DNA of 61,858 nt, filler included, from Nemertoderma westbladi (lineage: Eukaryota > Animalia > Xenacoelomorpha), in assembly GCA_032718475.1 (NCBI GenBank). It is 3 parts of 3 records of this genome, joined end to end, with 100 filler letters (N's around TTAATTAATTAA, not from the genome) between each part and the next. Parts side by side here need not be neighbours in the genome. Positions count along the whole stretch, not along the records: positions 52,654 to 61,858 come from JAUCBJ010001533.1; 2 more parts are not named here. One strand, written 5' to 3'. The position numbers and the translations under genes are program-made. This document shows positions 55,640-61,858 of the stretch, in pieces. Every line of letters begins with the position of its first letter. Positions within the stretch are counted from its first letter, which is position 1. The notes beneath the pieces were generated by a model, which was given only the letters and a program-made list of their open reading frames with translations, was not told the origin of the DNA and ran no database searches.

Positions 55640-56092
55640 TAATTACGTTTCGATCAATTAAAAACACAATTCTTAAAGCAAATCACTTTAACTAATTAAA
55701 AACTACAGTATAACGGAATGGGGTATGGGATTACAGCTGTGTAACTTTTAAGTATAATTATTTATATTTTATACTATAAAATAATTAATTTCTATTAAAA
55801 GTCAGGCTTGAAAATGCTGTTTTTACCCTAACCAACTTAATTAATTTTAATTAAATTAATTAACTGCTATTATCTTAGCTTCTCGAAGGCCACATGCAAA
55901 TTCAAATTGGAAAATTTATAAACTTTTGCCAAACAACATGGTGTACCAAGTTTGAGTAGATTTCATTAAGATTAGGCTGAGTTATAAACGTTTAAAATTT
56001 AACACAACAGAACAACAGACACACCGATTGAGTTAGTGGTACCTACCTACCTGTATGCTAAGCTTGCTTACTTTCGTCGCTCGCCCCACAAT
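55640..56092 (+). mobile_element. Diverged HINE-like end B
   Basis: Aligns with 22040-22395 and 27720-27955; ends gctcgccccacaa. Confidence 0.75.
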
Positions 56093-56816
56093 TACAATAA
56101 TTATTGTACTGTACAACTAACTAGCCTCTGTTTCTGTTTGCCGTCAGTCAGTTAAATGAACACTAGGCCTACTTCTGTAGTGAGTACAGCAGTAGGCTGG
56201 TAGGCCTACTTCAGTACTTGACAACTCCTTCAACGGCACAACCGTTCTACCGGTATTGCATATTACTGTATTATCAGATTGTTGACCATCAAAATTACTG
56301 AATTAGGCCTATCTACCTGCTACAACTGTACAATGTCTGAATGTTATCACCGACATAGTCCTACTCCACCTGTCAACTGCCTTTTGTCAATTTCAACAAT
56401 CTGCATTGGCTACCCTAACCAGCTAACTCTGTAACTGCCTAATAGCTAATACTGCTGTACTGTAATACAGTAATAATACAGTACAGGTAATACAGTAATA
56501 CCAGCAGTCTGCAGACCTGTCCAGCCTGCCAGTTGTCTGCCTGTATATTGTATACCTGCCTGCCTGCTGTTCTGCCTGCCTGCTGACCTGTCTGCCTGTA
56601 TTCTGTAAGCCCTACTCAGCTAGTCCCTACCCAACTACACCTGTACACTGCCCTATTCCTATACCAGTATACATACAGCTATACCTGTAATACCACCTGA
56701 CCACTGTACCAGTATACAGTCAGACAGTATACCTGTATACTGGTAGTATAGGCTACCATAGGCCTACCAATATATTGCTGTATTGCAGTATTGTATTGTA
56801 ATGCAGTAATGCTGTA

Positions 56817-57659
56817 ATGGCTGTTTCAATGTTACATAAAACGATAACGCCTTGTTTTAAAGCGACAACGAACTCAGTAACGACATCCATCACTCCTGGC
56901 CCCCCAATTCATCGTTCGGACGATCACCATGGACCATCATTCTACCGACCACGACTGGTATCCCCGCTAACCCTCCACTCCCAACAGTCACTCCTACCGC
57001 GGTTACACGAAATATCCGCGGTACGTAGTCCTCACGCCGTCGCCCAGATGCGCTGTTACCACGGAGACATAAAAATGCCGGAATCAATGTTCGATTACTC
57101 GCGTCAAACCGCTCGTAGTCCGACTACCGTAACCAGGGAAACCGTAGCGCGAAGTCAGACGTTTAATTACGCGATGACCGGATCGCTTACAGCTGCTACT
57201 CTATACGGAGCAAAAGTGATAGTGGATACGTTGCTAGGAAGCTGGAGTATGTCTAAGCGAGCGGCCGCGTTGGCTACCGTTGAAGTCCCTCTTACGGATA
57301 TTCCGATGGGAACCACAGCTGTTGTTAAATGGCGAGGAAAACCCTTGTTTGTGAGGCATCGCACTGCTGAGGAAGTTGCCGTGGAACGATCCGTAGATAT
57401 ATCGATTCTACGCGACCCGCAGCGGGATGAAGACCGCTCGCAACGTCCGGAGTGGTTAGTAGTCGTTGGTATCTGCACACACCTGGGGTGCGTGCCAATC
57501 AGCAACCTAGGAGAGTGGGGCGGCTGGTACTGCCCCTGTCACGGCTCGCATTACGACGTCTCTGGGCGCATTCGTAAAGGGCCGGCACCCTTAAATCTCG
57601 AAGTCCCAGAACACAGTTACATTGACGACAACACGTTATTAGTCGGAGGCGCTTCTTAG
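56817..57659 (+). CDS. UQCRFS1: Cytochrome b-c1 Rieske iron-sulfur subunit, mitochondrial precursor, intronless, 280 aa
   Basis: Presequence, HGDIK, TM helix, KWRGKPLFVRHRT, CTHLGC, CPCHGSHYD, GRIRKGPAPLNLEVP; AATAAA near 57804. Confidence 0.95.
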   Translation: MAVSMLHKTITPCFKATTNSVTTSITPGPPIHRSDDHHGPSFYRPRLVSPLTLHSQQSLLPRLHEISAVRSPHAVAQMRCYHGDIKMPESMFDYSRQTARSPTTVTRETVARSQTFNYAMTGSLTAATLYGAKVIVDTLLGSWSMSKRAAALATVEVPLTDIPMGTTAVVKWRGKPLFVRHRTAEEVAVERSVDISILRDPQRDEDRSQRPEWLVVVGICTHLGCVPISNLGEWGGWYCPCHGSHYDVSGRIRKGPAPLNLEVPEHSYIDDNTLLVGGAS

Positions 57660-58115
57660 TTAAACTCACCTAACATTTGGACTATTTAATTCGTGTTCAT
57701 ATAACTGTATAACTTTAGTTTTGTTTGGTAATATTTTATTGTCCTTGACAATTTAAACTATATTGAGACGTAGATATTATTTATATTCGTTCAGATTTAC
57801 AATAATAAACTGACTGGTTAGCGATGCGGTATGAATATTGTACACTTTTTTAGCTGAATTAAATAACATAGTAAATACAACAGAATTCTAGAGTCTCTAC
57901 TAATTCCTTTTTTACTGAGATACGACATAATCGAGATGTTAAACGTGACGCCTGGTTGAAACATTTAACTAACTGGGCGCTTTATTTTACTGTGTTGACA
58001 TATTAGATAGTAGATTAGGGGTGATTTCGTCACCCCTAATCACCATGACCTCGTCTTTACTTCGCCAGCAGTGCCCACTGAATCTTAATCTGCGTTTACG
58101 GAGGGTGGTTGATAC

Positions 58116-59369
58116 TAGGGATGTCCCGGAATTCCGTTCCGGCCGGAATTCCGGCGGTTTTTGCCCGATTCCGGTTCCGGCCGGAATTGCCGGAATGGGG
58201 TCAATTCCGGCCGGGATTTTACCGGAATTACAAGGTTCATATATAGATTAAAAGTTGCAATTAGTTTGTTAAACTATTTTCAACATTTATATATTTTTTA
58301 AACATTATTACCAATTAGTTTAAGATACTTTTCAACACTGGCAAAAAAAGTATAGAAATAAAGTTTTCTTCGACCGTTAGAGCTAACATTTAAGGATGCA
58401 AGGCATAGATGCCCCCTGGTTAGCCCCTTCAAACCATTCGTGCCGAATCGAAAACTGCCTTGGCCCACATACAGGGATCGAACCCACGACCTCCAGATAG
58501 ATTGGAAATCAATGCAACCACTACGCCAAGGTGGAACCTAACTAACCTATGTATCGAGGAAAAATTCACAGCCGCCCTTATTAGTTTATTAATCACAGTA
58601 ACCAATCAGAGGCCTCTTGCCGGATATAACACATGAGTCATGTCCATGTGTCAAAAGATGGAACATGGGACATAATCATTTTCGACTCATCGGTCGTAAC
58701 TTACGATTTACCAGTGGAGACGCTCCCATTGAAACCAATGTGTTCCATAATTTATTCTGACTAAGACTACATAAGACTTACCAGTGGAGCCCAGGCCTTC
58801 ACAAGTGGTTTTTCCAACTTGCTTATAAAATGGCGTTTTTCAGATTGATTTTACATTATTTAACATTGATCTTACAATATTTTACATTGATTTTTACATT
58901 GAGTTTAAATTATTTTACATTGATTTTATATTATTTTACTTTGATTTAATTATTAAATAATATGATAATTACAGGAGGCTAAATAAATTGCTAACCTTCT
59001 AAAGTTAGCAATGAAACTCGATTAACGATTAACACAATTACAATTACTACTTTACCCTAAAACTAATATAAATATAAAACGTTATTACAATACGTACAGG
59101 TCCTGAGAGTGGTCGTTAGTTCAGTCTTGCGTCGTAGGTGATGCATAATATAGTAGTTTTATTTATATTTACAGCAAATCCATTTCTTACACCATAAATG
59201 TATTTATTCCCAGCAATAATTAACTGTAACATGTACTATTTGCCTCTTTTATTGTTTTGGTTCGAATAACATGTCACGGCCGGTCATATTCCGGCCGGAA
59301 TATTCCGGCATGTTGAATTCCGGTTCCGGTTCCGTCCGGAATCAAAATATCGATTCCGGGACATCCCTA
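58116..59369. mobile_element. hAT-type MITE with nested insertions
   Basis: TIR tagggatgtcccggaat; perfect 8-bp TSD gttgatac (58108-58115 and 59370-59377); ccggaat subterminal repeats. Confidence 0.9.
58405..58540 (-). mobile_element. tRNA-derived SINE fragment
   Basis: Minus strand A-box tggcgtagtgg and B-box ggttcgatccc. Confidence 0.55.
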
Positions 59370-60779
59370 GTTGATACAGGTGGTAGTGAACCATATAGCT
59401 CGGCATTTGCCATGTGTTGTCTCCTGCTGATGTTTAGTAATTGTAAAATATAAAAGAATGATAAAGCCAGACCATAATTCATAAGGTAGTGAGTGTATCG
59501 ACTTTATTGGCCGTGCTCCGAGTCAATGTTAATCGAATCAATATCACTGTATGTGTGTGTATGATAGTGGTATGAATAATAGTGGTTCTTTAACAGATGT
59601 TATGATTATGAATGAGGCAATAATTACACTGTAAACTCTTTGTATTAAAACGAATCCCGAGGGAGTGAGTAATGATATAAATAAATAGCCGAAATGGCTT
59701 CAAAACTCGACTGCACACCCCCCCCCCCCCCCCCCCCCCTCATGGCAAATTCCACAGGAATTAGACATAAATAATAAGACTTTTGTGCTTCTGAGGTTAA
59801 TGTGATATGTTAATATTAGGTTTAGGTTAATGTAATAGTCAACTTGTCTAGTGCGTGTTATTCGTGAAGTGATTTGTTATTACTAATAATTTTATAATTA
59901 TACTAATTTTATATAATTTTATATTTATAGACATAATTATCGGAGCGGTTGATTCTCGTGGCAGCGAATGATAATTTTTTAGCATTTTTTTTTAATTTTA
60001 CGCGTAATATTCAGTTCGTTTTGAGTGGGGCAACTAATTGGCATGTATACGTAGGTATTTCAGTGCAAATCATTCCATTCCAAACAAAATGGGGATATTA
60101 CTCACAAACAAAGTTTAAAATAAAACATTTAAAATCGTAAAAAGGGATACTCTTTGTATTATTGGAGGGTACTACACTTTGGCATGAGTAGTGGCGTAGA
60201 GGAGTGATATCCAGAAGTATATCATAATAACCTATTATTAATAAATTATTGTAGTAGGTCATGGGGTCGTCAAGTATGTCAGTGAAACAAAACAAGGGGG
60301 CCCTTAATGGTAGCCAAAAGTAGGCAAGGCAATCTCTTAAATAATAATTCCAGTTATTCCAATTAATTCACAAAATATTTAACATGCGGTGTTTAGCGCA
60401 GTCAGCATAGCAGCTGCAGGTTGTTGCTTAGGTTGTTGCTGGGGTAGCGTAGCACAGTGAGCGTGAAAGTGAAAGAAGTTTGTAGTTAACGATAGCCAAT
60501 GTCATAAATATTCATTCCAGAACACGCATTTATTATTTAACATGTGGTGTAAGGTACCAGGTACTGTAACCATTAGTGGCACTGACAAGAAGAAACTTAG
60601 TAAATTGGGTGAATTGATTCTATTGGTTCTCTGGCTATTTTTGATGGGAACTCACCAGTGAACCTGAGCGAACACTAATATATTAGGGCTTCCCTGCAAT
60701 ATATAATAATATATTAAGTATTTTATAATTTTATTTATTTTATTTATTTTTCGTCCCTATGACTAAATAATACCTTTTG

Positions 60780-61858
60780 AAACTAAATAACTATAAGGAT
60801 GTTAAAAGGGGAAAAGCCACCACCAATTTGGACTAAAGGTCAACTAATAAAGCCTCTCCCCAAGAAAGTATACCGCGGTATACCAACAAACTATCGTGGG
60901 ATCTGTCTGCTGTGGTAGCTGCCAAAATATACAATAAAATTATTCTATATAGGATTAGGCCTCACATAGATCAACAATAGCTCAGATACTTGCACTGCGG
61001 AGAATCTCCCTGCAGTCATGACTTTTGTGGACTTTAAGAAGGCATTCGACTCCATCTATAGAGGTAAAATGCTTGAAATCCTATGAGCTTATGGAATACC
61101 AGAAGTAATTGTTGCTGGCATTGGATTGTTATATTGTGACACACAGAAGCTCACGTATTCTCACGAGATGGTGAAACTGAGTTTTTTCAATCCTGGCTGG
61201 CGAACTGCAAGGTGACACAACACCATTACTATTTGTAATTGTGTTGGATTACGCAATGAGGACGGCCACAGTGGGTGAAGATCTGTGATTCACACCTTAA
61301 GAACGCAACGCAGAAGTAGTAGATATCCGGCAACTACAGTCACAGACACCGACTTTGCGGATAACATCGCCCTGCTCTCTAATACGCTAGCAGATGCACA
61401 GCTTCTACTAAATAAAGTGGAGAGGGCTGCCAAGGAGGTTGGATTGCACATAAATGCTACCAAGGCCGAATTTAAGACCTTTAATGTTGATGGAAACTTG
61501 ACAACCATTGATAATAATCAACTAAGGAAGGTCGACCGACGACTTCCAGTACCTTGGATCATTGAAAGAGAGTAGCAAAAAGGACATAGAAGTTAGGAAA
61601 GCAAAGGCTTGAGTAGCTCTATCAAAAATGGATACCATCTGGAAATCAGATCTCTCCAGGCACCTGAAGACTAAGTTCTTTCGAGCTAAAGTGGAAAGTG
61701 TATTTTTATGCGGGGGTGAGACTTGGATACTGACTAAATCACTTGAACAACGAATTGATGGTTGCTATACAAGACTACTAAGGGCAGCCCTAAACATCAG
61801 CTGGAGACAACACATGACAAACGCCGAGCTTTATGGTACAATACCACCTGTATCAACG
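60780..61858 (+). mobile_element. RTE-clade LINE RT region, degenerate, continues beyond window
   Basis: NYRGI, FVDFKKAFDS, LQGDT, DFADNI, GLHINATK, ETW.LTK, IDGCYTRLLR..LNISWRQHMTN.ELYG; many frameshifts. Confidence 0.9.

Overview
AT-rich animal (invertebrate-like) nuclear DNA with GT-AG introns, heavily loaded with transposable elements and containing two scaffold gaps. Host genes: (1) ten phase-consistent coding exons (1262-30250, +) of an extracellular mosaic protein, TSP1-TSP1-SRCR-TSP1-Ig-EGF-EGF plus PCSK9-type C-terminal Cys modules, with the start outside the window and the last exon not found; (2) a two-exon CREBZF/Zhangfei-like bZIP gene (-) with an eroded basic region and an in-frame 11-aa Cys/His repeat; (3) an intronless Rieske Fe-S protein gene (UQCRFS1-like, +) with a divergent hinge. 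Mobile DNA: a CRE-like non-LTR element carrying an N-terminal Ulp1 protease, an APE-type LINE, RTE and L2/CR1 remnants, a near-complete piggyBac, P-like, hAT, MULE-like and Sola-like non-autonomous elements, a Helentron/HINE-like tandem concatemer, tRNA-derived SINEs and a 7.2-kb three-monomer satellite. The most striking signal is recurrent TA->TACAGTA (also TACTGTA, TAGGCCTA, TACCGGTA) micro-insertions that match Tc1/mariner-type excision footprints and pile up into low-complexity tracts upstream of genes. All family assignments come from reading motifs by eye; no database searches were run.
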